Source: an uncultured Gemmatimonadaceae bacterium (lineage in GTDB: Bacteria; Gemmatimonadota; Gemmatimonadetes; Gemmatimonadales; Gemmatimonadaceae). From it: a stretch of DNA of 64,000 bases. This document shows positions 10,843 through 20,420 of this stretch, in pieces; position 1 is the first letter of the stretch; each line of letters starts with the position of its first letter. The stretch lies in NCBI GenBank assembly GCA_963817955.1, contig CAWFQK010000005.1:96001-160000 (forward strand), read 5' to 3'. The notes beneath the pieces are model-generated. The model made no database searches, was not told the origin of the DNA, and saw nothing but the letters and a program-made list of their open reading frames with translations. Made by a program: the position numbers and the translations under genes.

Positions 10843-10948
10843 AACACAACGGACGGGCTTGGTGGCAAGGTCATTGCCTACCGAGGCCATCGTTACGCGT
10901 CGCCGAGCTGGCTCGTCGGAGACACAGACTCTAATAGGATTTCGGGAT

Positions 10949-11521
10949 ATGGCTTCATCGGCGACACGTTGTCTGCGCTTCGCGATCGTGCTATGCACGG
11001 CCGCGGCGTTGCACGTGCCCGTCGCCGGAGCCCAGCAAGCGCCGAAACCGTTTGAGGCTTTCAGCAACTCGGCGCAGTCGCTGCGCGATTCACTCGTGCA
11101 GATGGCCCGGGCGCAGATCGGGACGCGCTACCGGCGCGGTGGGACATCGCCGGAGAAGGGGTTCGATTGCAGCGGTCTCGTCAAATACGTGATGGCGGCG
11201 CTTGATCTCAAGTTGCCCCGCACGGCCCGCCAGCAGGCCAAGCAAGGATTGGCGCTCACACGCGACACCAGCAGTCTCCTGCCCGGCGACCTGCTCACCT
11301 TCGGCAAGAGCAAGAAGGGCGTGAGCCACGTCGGCATCTACATCGGCGATGGCAAGTACATTCACGCCAGCAGCGTCGCCGGACGGGTCATCGAGAGTTC
11401 GATCTACCGTCCGTCATCTCCGCTGATCAAGATCTGGCGGGGCGCGCGGCGGGTACTGTCGCTCGACGATTCGGTGCCAACGCTGACAATGACAACGGTC
11501 AGCTCCAAGAATCCAAACTAA
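10949..11521 (+). CDS. NlpC/P60 (C40) cell-wall peptidase
   Basis: Signal peptide; GFDCSGL, LPRTA, HVGIYIG, IHAS. Confidence 0.93.
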   Translation: MASSATRCLRFAIVLCTAAALHVPVAGAQQAPKPFEAFSNSAQSLRDSLVQMARAQIGTRYRRGGTSPEKGFDCSGLVKYVMAALDLKLPRTARQQAKQGLALTRDTSSLLPGDLLTFGKSKKGVSHVGIYIGDGKYIHASSVAGRVIESSIYRPSSPLIKIWRGARRVLSLDDSVPTLTMTTVSSKNPN

Positions 11522-11528
11522 GGCGACC

Positions 11529-12662
11529 TCAGGGTCGCTTTCGTTTTCCCAGCGTGCCGGTCGAATCGACCGTCGCCCCCGTCACTGGAAAATCGAGCGC
11601 ACTCAGCGAATCGACGAGCCTCCAAGCTCGGCGTGTCGAATCTGGCTCCAACACACCCGGCCAACGTTGTACGGTGGGCCGAAGTTCGGCCTGCACTACG
11701 TGTAACGGTGCGCCGATGGTGGCGCAGGCCACAGCCCCGCGGTTTGTCGGCTCGCGAAGCTTGAAGGGACCATAAGTCAACAGGTTCCCGAGAGAGTAAA
11801 AGATCAGGCGGTCCCCACGCCACTCGGCTGCGCGAAGCACGTGCGGGCCGTGTCCGACGACGAGCGTCGCCCCCCCGGCGATTGCGGCGTTGGCGAATGC
11901 CACGGGATTGCCGCGATTCATCTTCAGAAAGCGCTCGGTGCGGTTCTGCGTGCGTTGTGCCGATGGCCCTTCCGCGCCCAGGTGCATCGTGACGACGACC
12001 GTGCCATACCGCTCGGCGGCTCGGCGCACGTTGCGCATAACTGCGCCGAGGTCGCGCGCGTCTGGCGTGGTAGTGTCGGTATAGAAACCAAGCACCCCGA
12101 TCGTATCCCCGGATGGCAACGGCACTGGCGTGGCGATGGTGTCGGCCCCGGTTACTAGAACGCCGGCACGTTTCAGGTGCTCAATCGTCAACTCGCGCCC
12201 CCTATTGCCGGCGTCGCGCGAATGATTGTTGGCCACGTTTCCGACAAGGACCACGCTGCTGTCCACGAGGCGGCGCAGCGCAGCCGCAGCGCGCGGCGGC
12301 TGCCGAAACGCAAAGCAACTCGTGGAACGCGGGCCGCATTTTGGCACTGCGGGTCCTGCGCCGATGGCTCCTTCGACATTGAGGATCACCACGTCGGCGC
12401 CGGACAGGAATGGCCGTAGCGCTGGCGCCAAGCTGTCAGGGTCGGGGAGCAGCCCGAACTGTCGCCAGAGCGTGTCGGCGCCCGCCCGCGCCCAGGTCTG
12501 GTCGAGATTCGTCCCAAGAGTGACGTCGCCGCCGGCGCAAAGCCGAAACGGCATGGCGAGCCCTGGACGGGCGGTGCTCTCCGTGGGACGTTGGGTACGT
12601 TGTGCCCGCGCCACCGCGGGTGTGGCGAACAGGGCGACACAGATGAGCAGTGAGTCGCGCAT
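11529..12662 (-). CDS. CapA (PGA_cap) family metallophosphoesterase
   Basis: GGDV, LNVEG, ANNH, MHLGAE, GHGPHV, YSLGN; GGAGG before ATG 12662. Confidence 0.88.
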   Translation of the reverse strand: MRDSLLICVALFATPAVARAQRTQRPTESTARPGLAMPFRLCAGGDVTLGTNLDQTWARAGADTLWRQFGLLPDPDSLAPALRPFLSGADVVILNVEGAIGAGPAVPKCGPRSTSCFAFRQPPRAAAALRRLVDSSVVLVGNVANNHSRDAGNRGRELTIEHLKRAGVLVTGADTIATPVPLPSGDTIGVLGFYTDTTTPDARDLGAVMRNVRRAAERYGTVVVTMHLGAEGPSAQRTQNRTERFLKMNRGNPVAFANAAIAGGATLVVGHGPHVLRAAEWRGDRLIFYSLGNLLTYGPFKLREPTNRGAVACATIGAPLHVVQAELRPTVQRWPGVLEPDSTRRAWRLVDSLSALDFPVTGATVDSTGTLGKRKRP

Positions 12663-12999
12663 CAGACCTCCATCCAATTGGACCAGCATCCCGCGGCCGG
12701 CCTGGGCGCTCGCCTGAGTCCATTTCCCCGCGCCAATGCCACCCATTCAACCTATTCCCCGCTCGGGTTGTCTCATAGACGCTGAAACCCGGAGCCCCTT
12801 AGATACGTCAGACTGTTCGAATGTGGGACGCCGAATCCCACAGCCGAGCAAGGCTCCGAGAACGAGACTACGCATTCGCAGATCTAACTCGTTGTAGAGC
12901 GATGCGTTAGGCGCCGACAAAGCCAGGCATGGACTTTCCTTTAGCGTTGTATCGTTCTTGGTCCTCGTTCTACCCGCCATCACCGCACGAGACGGCCCC

Positions 13000-14256
13000 T
13001 TGGATATAAAGCGCGAACCTCCGAAACAGACGAAGAAGATCATCACCATCGTTGTTTGCGCGATCGGCGTCATCGCGGTCACGATCGGCGCCATGCGGAT
13101 GAAGCCGGCCGCGCCCCCAGTGGAGCGCGGCACGCTCTGGTTCGACGTGGTGAAGCGCGGCGAAATGAAGCGGGAGGTGAACGCCCCCGGTACGCTGGAG
13201 CCAGAGTACGTCCGGAACATCACGGCGCTTACCAGCGGGCGCGTCGAGCTACTTCCCGTCAAGCCCGGCGTGCCAGTCACGCAGAACACCGTGCTCGTGG
13301 TGATGAGCAATCCAGACGAGGAGATCAAGCAACTCCAGAACGAGCAGGCACTCAACCAGGCCGTCGGCGCGCTCGCCAGCCTCAAGACAACGCTGCATCA
13401 GGCGATTCTCATGCAGCAGGGCGCCGTCGCCAGCACACACACACAGTACAACAGCGCCGTGCGCATGGCGGCAGTGCAGGACTCACTCGCCAAGCGCAAT
13501 CTTTCCTCGGCCAATGACGTGGCTGCGGCACACGACCAGATCCTGGAATTCAAGCAACGTGTCGACATCGAGCAGAAGCGGCTCGACGACGTGCAAAGCT
13601 CGGAGCAGCAGCAGATCCAACTGCAGCAGCAGCAGATCGAGAGTCTCAGACGGATTCTGGCCCAACAGAAGGAACGCGTGGCCTCCATGCGCGTGACATC
13701 GCCGGAAGCGGGGCAACTTCAGAGCCTCGGTAACCCGCCGCTCGAGCTGGGGCAGTACGTGAACGCCGGCAGTCTGCTCGCGCGAGTCGTGCAGCCGGGC
13801 AAGCTGAAGGCCGTGCTCCGCGTGCCTGAGAATCAGGCCAAGGATGTGGTGCCGGGACAATCAGCGACCATCGATCTGCACAACAACAATGTCGTGAAGG
13901 GCCGTGTGATGCGCACCGACCCATCGTCGGTCGCCGGAACCGTGACGGTGGAAGTGTCGATCGACGATACGCTCCCCGCGGGCACGCGCTCCGATCTCGC
14001 CGTGGACGGAACGATCGAGATCGAACGGTTGTCAAACGTCATGAACATGGCCCGTCCCGGATTCGGTCAGGCCGAGAGTCCCGTCGGCATCTTCAAGGTC
14101 AGTCCAAACAAAGGTGAAGCACAGCGCGTCACCGTGCAGCTTGGCCGCGCGTCGGTCAACACGATCGAAATTCGCGGTGGCCTAAAGGTCGGCGATAGCG
14201 TCATCATTTCGGATATGTCGCAGTTCGACGCCACAAATCGCGTGAGAATCAAATAG
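13000..14256 (+). CDS. MacA/HlyD-like periplasmic adaptor subunit
   Basis: TTG start (MDIKRE...), TM anchor, coiled coil, lipoyl-like halves, GLKVGDSVIISD. Confidence 0.88.
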   Translation: MDIKREPPKQTKKIITIVVCAIGVIAVTIGAMRMKPAAPPVERGTLWFDVVKRGEMKREVNAPGTLEPEYVRNITALTSGRVELLPVKPGVPVTQNTVLVVMSNPDEEIKQLQNEQALNQAVGALASLKTTLHQAILMQQGAVASTHTQYNSAVRMAAVQDSLAKRNLSSANDVAAAHDQILEFKQRVDIEQKRLDDVQSSEQQQIQLQQQQIESLRRILAQQKERVASMRVTSPEAGQLQSLGNPPLELGQYVNAGSLLARVVQPGKLKAVLRVPENQAKDVVPGQSATIDLHNNNVVKGRVMRTDPSSVAGTVTVEVSIDDTLPAGTRSDLAVDGTIEIERLSNVMNMARPGFGQAESPVGIFKVSPNKGEAQRVTVQLGRASVNTIEIRGGLKVGDSVIISDMSQFDATNRVRIK

Positions 14257-14296
14257 AGCGTTCCCTGTCCCACCTTACCTTCCAGCCCCCCACCCC

Positions 14297-15052
14297 ATGA
14301 CTTCCGGGTCCGCATCCACGTCTTTGCCGGCCGGCTTTGCCGCCGCGAACGGAAATGGCAATCAGCCCTTGATCCGCCTGTCCGGCATCAAGAAAGTTTT
14401 CTACACCGACGAGGTAGAGACCCACGCCCTACAGGACATCCATGTCGAGGTGCAGCCAGGCGAGTACGTCGCCATGGAGGGACCGTCCGGCTGCGGCAAG
14501 ACGACGCTGCTCTCGATTCTCGGCCTGCTCGATACGCCGAGTGACGGCGAGTACACGCTGGCCGGCGAGCCGGTGGCGCAACTCACGCCATCGCAGCGCG
14601 CACGCATCCGCAATCGGCAGATCGGCTTCATCTTTCAGGCGTTCAACCTGATCGGCGATCTCACCGTCTACGAAAACGTCGAACTGCCGCTCACGTATCG
14701 CGGCATGTCGGCCGCCGAGCGCAAGCAGCGTGTGACGGACGCGCTCGAACGTGTCGGTATGAGCCATCGCATGAAGCACTATCCGGCCCAGCTGTCCGGC
14801 GGTCAACAGCAACGCGTCGCCGTCGCCCGTGCCGTGGCCGGCGACCCACTCATTCTTCTCGCCGACGAGCCGACGGGCAACCTCGACTCGACGAATGGCG
14901 AAGCCGTGATGGAGCTCCTCCGCGAGCTGCATCGTGGCGGTGCGACCATTTGCATGGTGACGCACGACCCGAGATACGCGGCGCATGCCGACCGCTCCAT
15001 TCATCTGTTCGACGGACGGGTGGTCGAAGAGCGGACCGCGCAGCCGAGCTGA
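14297..15052 (+). CDS. MacB/LolD-type ABC ATP-binding protein
   Basis: [30 protein letters not shown]. Confidence 0.95.
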   Translation: MTSGSASTSLPAGFAAANGNGNQPLIRLSGIKKVFYTDEVETHALQDIHVEVQPGEYVAMEGPSGCGKTTLLSILGLLDTPSDGEYTLAGEPVAQLTPSQRARIRNRQIGFIFQAFNLIGDLTVYENVELPLTYRGMSAAERKQRVTDALERVGMSHRMKHYPAQLSGGQQQRVAVARAVAGDPLILLADEPTGNLDSTNGEAVMELLRELHRGGATICMVTHDPRYAAHADRSIHLFDGRVVEERTAQPS

Positions 15053-15080
15053 ATGGGATGAGGGCGTGTAACTTGGAGCC

Positions 15081-15809
15081 ATGATGACCTGGTACTCAAA
15101 GTCTCGAACCGCGCCCATCGAGCGGCCGGCTACCGTCAGCGGACCACTGATCTCGATGCGGAATCTCGAGAAAGTGTTCGACACACCCGCCGGTCGATCG
15201 TACGTGCTACGCCGCATTACCGGCGACATCCAGTCGGGCGAGTTCGTCTCCGTCATGGGGCCGTCCGGCGCCGGAAAGTCGACGTTGCTCGCCATCCTCG
15301 GCATGCTCGACAGCGCCTGGTCCGGCGAGTTCCATTTTCTGGGGCAGCCGGTGCACGCGTTGAACCACAAGGACCGTGTCGCACTGAACAAGCAGCACAT
15401 TGGGTTCGTGTTCCAGCAGTATCACCTGATCGACGATCTGACTGTCGCCGAGAACCTCGACATCCCGTTGTCGTATCGCAACGTGAAGAAGTCGGAGCGT
15501 GACGCCATCGTGGCCGATACCCTCGATCGGTTCTCGATGGTCGCCAAGAAGGACCTGTTTCCCCGGCAGCTCTCGGGCGGGCAGCAGCAGCTCGTCGGGG
15601 TGGCCCGCGCCGTGATCGCCAAGCCCAATCTCATTCTGGCCGACGAGCCGACGGGCAATCTGCACTCGACCCAGGGCCGCGAAATCATGGAGTTGTTCAA
15701 GAAGTTGAACGATGCTGGCACGACGATCATCCAGGTGACACACTCAGAGGAGAACGCCAAGTTCGGCAACCGCATCATCGAGTTGCGAGACGGCTGGATC
15801 ACCGAGTAG
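15081..15809 (+). CDS. Second MacB/LolD-type ABC ATP-binding protein
   Basis: [30 protein letters not shown]. Confidence 0.93.
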   Translation: MMTWYSKSRTAPIERPATVSGPLISMRNLEKVFDTPAGRSYVLRRITGDIQSGEFVSVMGPSGAGKSTLLAILGMLDSAWSGEFHFLGQPVHALNHKDRVALNKQHIGFVFQQYHLIDDLTVAENLDIPLSYRNVKKSERDAIVADTLDRFSMVAKKDLFPRQLSGGQQQLVGVARAVIAKPNLILADEPTGNLHSTQGREIMELFKKLNDAGTTIIQVTHSEENAKFGNRIIELRDGWITE

Positions 15810-15843
15810 TACGGCGCCGGCCATCCTTCGCCAACGCGCATTC

Positions 15844-17211
15844 ATGAACGACGCCATGCGGCGGCCCCATCTGCTGATCGCCGACGATCAGATCGACGTC
15901 CTCGAGGCCATGCGCCTGCTGCTCAAGGGTCATGGCTTCGATGTCGACGCGGTGACGTCGCCGGCCGCCGCCCTCGCTGCCCTCGAGCGCCGCGATTACG
16001 ACGCATTGTTGCTCGACATGAACTACACGCGCGACACCACGTCGGGGCAGGAGGGCCTGGACCTCCTGCAGCAACTGCAGACGCTCGAGCCGGATATGCC
16101 GGTCATCGTGATGACCGCCTGGGGAAGCATCGACAACGCGGTGGAGGCCATGCGCCGCGGTGCACGCGATTACATCGAGAAGCCGTGGGACAATGCCCGA
16201 CTGATGTCCATTCTCACGACACAGATCGAGCTCGGCCGGGCCCTCCAGCGCGCCCAGCGCCTGGAAACCGAGAACCGTCTGCTCCGCCGTGATCACCTGC
16301 CGCACATGATCGTCGAGTCGGCACGGATGCAGCCGATCCTCCGATTGATGGAGCACGTCGGGCCATCTGACGCCAACGTCCTGATCACCGGCGAGCATGG
16401 CACAGGCAAAGAGCTCGTCGCCCAGTGGTTGCATGCGTCGTCGCCACGGGCGCAGCGATCCTTCATCGCCGTGAACATGGGCGGGCTCTCGGAAGGGCTG
16501 TTCGAGAGCGAGTTGTTCGGCCACGTCAAAGGCTCGTTCACGGACGCAAAGACCGATCGCGTCGGACGCTTCGAGCTCGCGGACGCCGGCACACTCTTCC
16601 TCGACGAGATCGGCACGGTGCCGCTCGCGCTGCAGTCGAAGCTCTTGCGCGTCTTGCAGACGGGCGACGTGGAGCGCGTCGGCTCGTCGAAGGCGCGGCA
16701 CGTGGACGTGCGCGTCGTGTCGGCGACGAACGCCACCCTGCAGAGCGAAGTGTCGGAGGGCCGTTTTCGCGAGGATCTGCTCTTCCGCCTCAACACCATC
16801 GAGATCCCGCTGCCGCCGTTGCGCGAGCGACGAGAGGACATCGCGCCGCTCGCCGCGCACTTTCTGCGGCGCCACGCGATGCGATATCGCAAGTCGCTCG
16901 GCGGCTTCGACAGCGGGGCCATGCAACTCCTGCTTGCGCACGCGTGGCCAGGTAACATTCGAGAGCTGGATCACGCCGTCGAACGCGCGGTACTGCTCGC
17001 ACACGGTGAACAGATCCGCGCCGCCGATCTCGGACTGCGCCAGGCCTCGAGCGGTGCGCAGCGGCTCGACGAGCTGCCCCTCGAGGACGTTGAGAAATTG
17101 CTGATTCAGAAGGCCTTGTCACGGTACGACGGCAATGTGAGCCGGGCGGCGCAGGCGCTCGGACTGTCGCGCAGCGCGCTGTACCGGCGCATCGCGTCCC
17201 ATGGACTCTGA
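15844..17211 (+). CDS. NtrC-family sigma54-dependent response regulator
   Basis: REC domain, GEHGTGKE, ESELFGH, GSFTDA (GAFTGA variant), WPGNIREL, Fis-type HTH. Confidence 0.95.
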   Translation: MNDAMRRPHLLIADDQIDVLEAMRLLLKGHGFDVDAVTSPAAALAALERRDYDALLLDMNYTRDTTSGQEGLDLLQQLQTLEPDMPVIVMTAWGSIDNAVEAMRRGARDYIEKPWDNARLMSILTTQIELGRALQRAQRLETENRLLRRDHLPHMIVESARMQPILRLMEHVGPSDANVLITGEHGTGKELVAQWLHASSPRAQRSFIAVNMGGLSEGLFESELFGHVKGSFTDAKTDRVGRFELADAGTLFLDEIGTVPLALQSKLLRVLQTGDVERVGSSKARHVDVRVVSATNATLQSEVSEGRFREDLLFRLNTIEIPLPPLRERREDIAPLAAHFLRRHAMRYRKSLGGFDSGAMQLLLAHAWPGNIRELDHAVERAVLLAHGEQIRAADLGLRQASSGAQRLDELPLEDVEKLLIQKALSRYDGNVSRAAQALGLSRSALYRRIASHGL

Positions 17212-18595
17212 GACCGGCGAGCGCCGCAGCCCCACGCCGTTCGCCGCACGCGCCCGATCGTTCGCCCCCCGCGGCTCGGCGCACGAACGACTGATTCTCC
17301 GCCTCACACTCCTCTCGGGACTGCCCGCGGTCGTCGTCGCCATGACGCTCCTGTGGCGCGACGGCTACACCGCCAAGGTGCAGTGGACGCTTGGGCTACT
17401 GATCGTCGGATGCTGGGTCATTACGGCCATCGTCCTGCGCGAACGGGTCGTCCGTCCGCTCCAGACGATCTCGAACATGCTCGCCGCGTTGCGCGAGGGG
17501 GATTACTCCATCCGGGCCCGCGGCTCAGACCGCGATGACGCGCTGGGTTTAGCGTTTCTTGAATCGAACCTGCTCGGGGAAACACTGCGCACGCAGCGTC
17601 TGGGCGCCATGGAGGCGACAGCGCTGTTGCGAACCGTCATGGCCGAGATCGACGTCGCGGTGTTTGCCTTCGACGAGGAGAATCGCGTGCGGCTCGCGAA
17701 CCGAGCCGGCGTGCGCCTGCTCAGTCAACCGGTCGAACGCCTGCTCGGCCGCACGGCAGACCAGGTCGGGCTCGCGGATGGCCTGAAGGGTCCGTCGCCG
17801 CGAACCATGGATGTCGCCTTCCCTGGCGGCGCCGGGCGGTGGGAAGTCCGTCGCGGCTCGTTTCGCCAGGATGGTCGGCCGCACACGCTCCTCGTACTCG
17901 CCGACGTGAGCAAGACGCTGCGAGAGGAGGAGCTCCAGGCATGGCAACGGCTCGTGCGGGTGCTCAGCCACGAGATCAACAATTCGCTCGCGCCGATCAA
18001 GTCCATCACCGCGAGCTTGCTCGGCCTCCTCGAGCGACAGCCGCGACCCGTGGACGCCGACGACGACATGCGTCGCGGTCTGTCGGTAATCGGCGGGCGG
18101 TCGGAGGCGCTCGTACGCTTCATGTCCTCGTACGCCAGGCTGGCACGGCTGCCCGCACCGAACAAGACGCGGCTGGACGTCGCGACGTGGGTGCGACGCG
18201 CCGCAGCACTCGAAACGCGGTTGCGGGTCACCGTCATCGACGGGCCGGCCACCGTGCTCAATGCTGACGGGGATCAGCTCGACCAATTGCTGATCAATCT
18301 GGTGCGCAACGCGGTGGACGCATCGCTCGCGACCGGCGGCGGGGTGCGCGTCCGGTGGATGCGTCAGACCGACTCTGTGGCCGTCCTGGTCGAGGATGAA
18401 GGGTCTGGCGTCGCGAGCAGCGCAAACCTGTTCGTCCCCTTTTTCACGACCAAGTCACAAGGTTCCGGCATCGGGCTCGTACTGTGCCGCCAGATCGCTG
18501 AAGCCCACGGCGGATCGCTGTCGTTGGAGAACCGCAATACCGGCCCTGGAGCTGTTGCGACGCTGCGACTCCCCACTCCATTGCAGGCAACCTGA
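17201..18595 (+). CDS. NtrY-like sensor histidine kinase (2 TM, HAMP, PAS)
   Basis: LSHEINNSL, NLVRNA, DEGSG, PFFTTK, GSGIGL. Confidence 0.92.
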   Translation: MDSETGERRSPTPFAARARSFAPRGSAHERLILRLTLLSGLPAVVVAMTLLWRDGYTAKVQWTLGLLIVGCWVITAIVLRERVVRPLQTISNMLAALREGDYSIRARGSDRDDALGLAFLESNLLGETLRTQRLGAMEATALLRTVMAEIDVAVFAFDEENRVRLANRAGVRLLSQPVERLLGRTADQVGLADGLKGPSPRTMDVAFPGGAGRWEVRRGSFRQDGRPHTLLVLADVSKTLREEELQAWQRLVRVLSHEINNSLAPIKSITASLLGLLERQPRPVDADDDMRRGLSVIGGRSEALVRFMSSYARLARLPAPNKTRLDVATWVRRAAALETRLRVTVIDGPATVLNADGDQLDQLLINLVRNAVDASLATGGGVRVRWMRQTDSVAVLVEDEGSGVASSANLFVPFFTTKSQGSGIGLVLCRQIAEAHGGSLSLENRNTGPGAVATLRLPTPLQAT

Positions 18596-18600
18596 TCGGC

Positions 18601-18860
18601 GGGTTGGGCCGCATTCGGCGCCTGAACACCTGTTCGTTCCCCTCGGAATTCTGTGACCGCACGGCGGACAGCATGGCGACGCGAAGCTGTGGAACGTCGG
18701 CGGCTACACGCACACGCTGTTCACCAATCTTCCGACGCGCGTCAACGCGCAAGATGGATCGAACACCGCGACGTTCGTGAACGGCACGACAGGCTGGGCG
18801 AACGAGAACGGCTGGCACGCTGGTGGTGGCGCATCACTGGGTTGGGGACGCACAGACTGA
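18601..18860 (+). pseudogene. Remnant of an outer-membrane beta-barrel paralog
   Basis: Start-less frame HGDAKLWNVGGY...NGWHAGGGASLGWGRTD* resembles segments of the 19330 protein; a terminator follows. Confidence 0.5.
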
Positions 18861-18876
18861 AAGCCGTGGAGAGCGT

Positions 18877-18911
18877 AGCAGCCCGAGCGTTTCGCTCGGG
18901 CTGTTGTTTTT
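18877..18911 (+). terminator. Intrinsic terminator
   Basis: agcagcccgagcg-ttt-cgctcgggctgtt followed by gttttt. Confidence 0.75.
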
Positions 18912-19014
18912 GGGAGACATCGGGCTGTTGTTTTTGGGAGACATGAGACGCGAGGCGCGAGACATGGGACACGAAACGCGAAACGCGAGACACGAGACAC
19001 GGGCCACGAGGCAC
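18897..19014. repeat. 24-bp direct duplication followed by a heptamer array
   Basis: cgggctgttgtttttgggagacat x2 (18897-18944), then ten GAGACAC-like 7-mers (18945-19014). Confidence 0.9.
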
Positions 19015-19179
19015 GGCAATCGCGTTCTCCCTCACATGTGGCCGCACATTCAGGGCCGGGTGATCTGGATTCCCCTGATGGTTTCTGTTGAGGTTGTGAC
19101 ATGGCCGATGAACATGACGAACCGACGACCGACAACCACCCCGACACGATCGCCGATCATTCGTAATTCCCGCCTCCCA

Positions 19180-19195
19180 CGGCACAGACCGTGCT
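19180..19195 (+). promoter_or_regulatory. sigma54 -24/-12-like site
   Basis: cGGcacagaccgtGC (GG-N10-GC with GGCAC). Confidence 0.5.
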
Positions 19196-19329
19196 CTCCA
19201 ATGGCGCGGTGCCGCGACGAAGTACGTCGACCGGGGACCTCGGTGTGATGCGGTGCACTGAGAAATCCTCGCCCGGTAGTCGTCCGCGGGGGCTAGTCGA
19301 ATAGGGACGACACAGAGGGAGGAGACCCA

Positions 19330-20190
19330 ATGTTAAACCGTAATGCTTTGATGCTCGTTGCCGGCGCGGCGATCTTCGCTCTCGACGGTTCTGCTATGTC
19401 GGCACAGGCACGTCCGCGGTCGACCAAGCGCATTCCCATCACGAAGGAAGCGCCCGGCGAGGTGACAACGCCCCGCGTCGATACCGTGACGATCTACCGG
19501 ACGGATACGCTGACCACACCAGGCCACGTGGATACCGTCATGACAACTGTCACACGCGTCGACACCGTGATTCAGACCGTGAATTTGACGACGAAACACA
19601 TCGGCGGCATGTACATCGGTGTGGCTGGCGGTGAAGCGCTGCCCTTCGGCGCCATCCGCACGGTGAATCAACCAGGCGTGCTCGGTCAGGTGCAGCTTGG
19701 TTGGCAGGGACTCAATACTGTGCTGGGCCTCCGCGGCGACGTCAGCCTCACGCAGTACGCCATGGCCGCTGACTACGTAATCCTGTCCGACCATCGCCCG
19801 TTGCTCTGGAACGGGAATCTCGACGCGAAGCTCAATCTGCCGGTCCTCACACATACACTCGGCAGCGCCGTGATTTTCACGCCGTATCTCATTGGCGGCG
19901 GCAGCTTCGTGAGCTTTAAGGATTTGCGCATGAAGCTCAACACAGACCAGGGCGTGGGCGGCGGCATCGGCCCACAGAACGCAGTCATCGCCACATCGGG
20001 TGGCTCGGGTTCAATTGTGGGAGATAATTCTTTTCACACCAACTGGGGATGGAACGCAGGCGGCGGTCTCGCCTTCCACGCAGGCCGTAAGGAAATGTTC
20101 ATCGAAGCACGCGGCGTGCGCTTCGTCCATGGCAGCAATTTCGAGAATTCGTGGCACGTTCCCGTGATCTTCGGCGTGAATCTGTACTAG
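19330..20190 (+). CDS. Outer-membrane beta-barrel domain protein
   Basis: Strong RBS, signal peptide, PYLIGGG and WGWNAGGG strands, C-terminal aromatic residue (FGVNLY). Confidence 0.8.
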   Translation: MLNRNALMLVAGAAIFALDGSAMSAQARPRSTKRIPITKEAPGEVTTPRVDTVTIYRTDTLTTPGHVDTVMTTVTRVDTVIQTVNLTTKHIGGMYIGVAGGEALPFGAIRTVNQPGVLGQVQLGWQGLNTVLGLRGDVSLTQYAMAADYVILSDHRPLLWNGNLDAKLNLPVLTHTLGSAVIFTPYLIGGGSFVSFKDLRMKLNTDQGVGGGIGPQNAVIATSGGSGSIVGDNSFHTNWGWNAGGGLAFHAGRKEMFIEARGVRFVHGSNFENSWHVPVIFGVNLY

Positions 20191-20240
20191 TAGGCACGGC
20201 AGGATCGCAGCACCGTCGTACGAAACACCGCAGTACGGAA

Positions 20241-20280
20241 TCGTGGCGAGCTGATCGATTCATCGATCAGCTCGCCACGA
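20241..20280. terminator. Perfect 19-bp hairpin (terminator or mRNA stabiliser)
   Basis: tcgtggcgagctgatcgat-tc-atcgatcagctcgccacga; no clear U-tract. Confidence 0.55.
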
Positions 20281-20420
20281 GTGCTGTTCCGGTCATTTGA
20301 CTCTCTGCTGCCGTATCCGCTGCGTGCCTCGTCATATTTCAGATGGCACCTTGGAACGGAATTGGCGTAAGTAGAGTGTAGCGCGCACCACACCAGCCGC
20401 GCTTCCCTGGACAGCATCCC

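Noticed and set aside
12925..12940. sigma54 promoter for the exporter operon
   Set aside because: aGGcatggactttCC has CC instead of the conserved GC, so it is not called as a feature.
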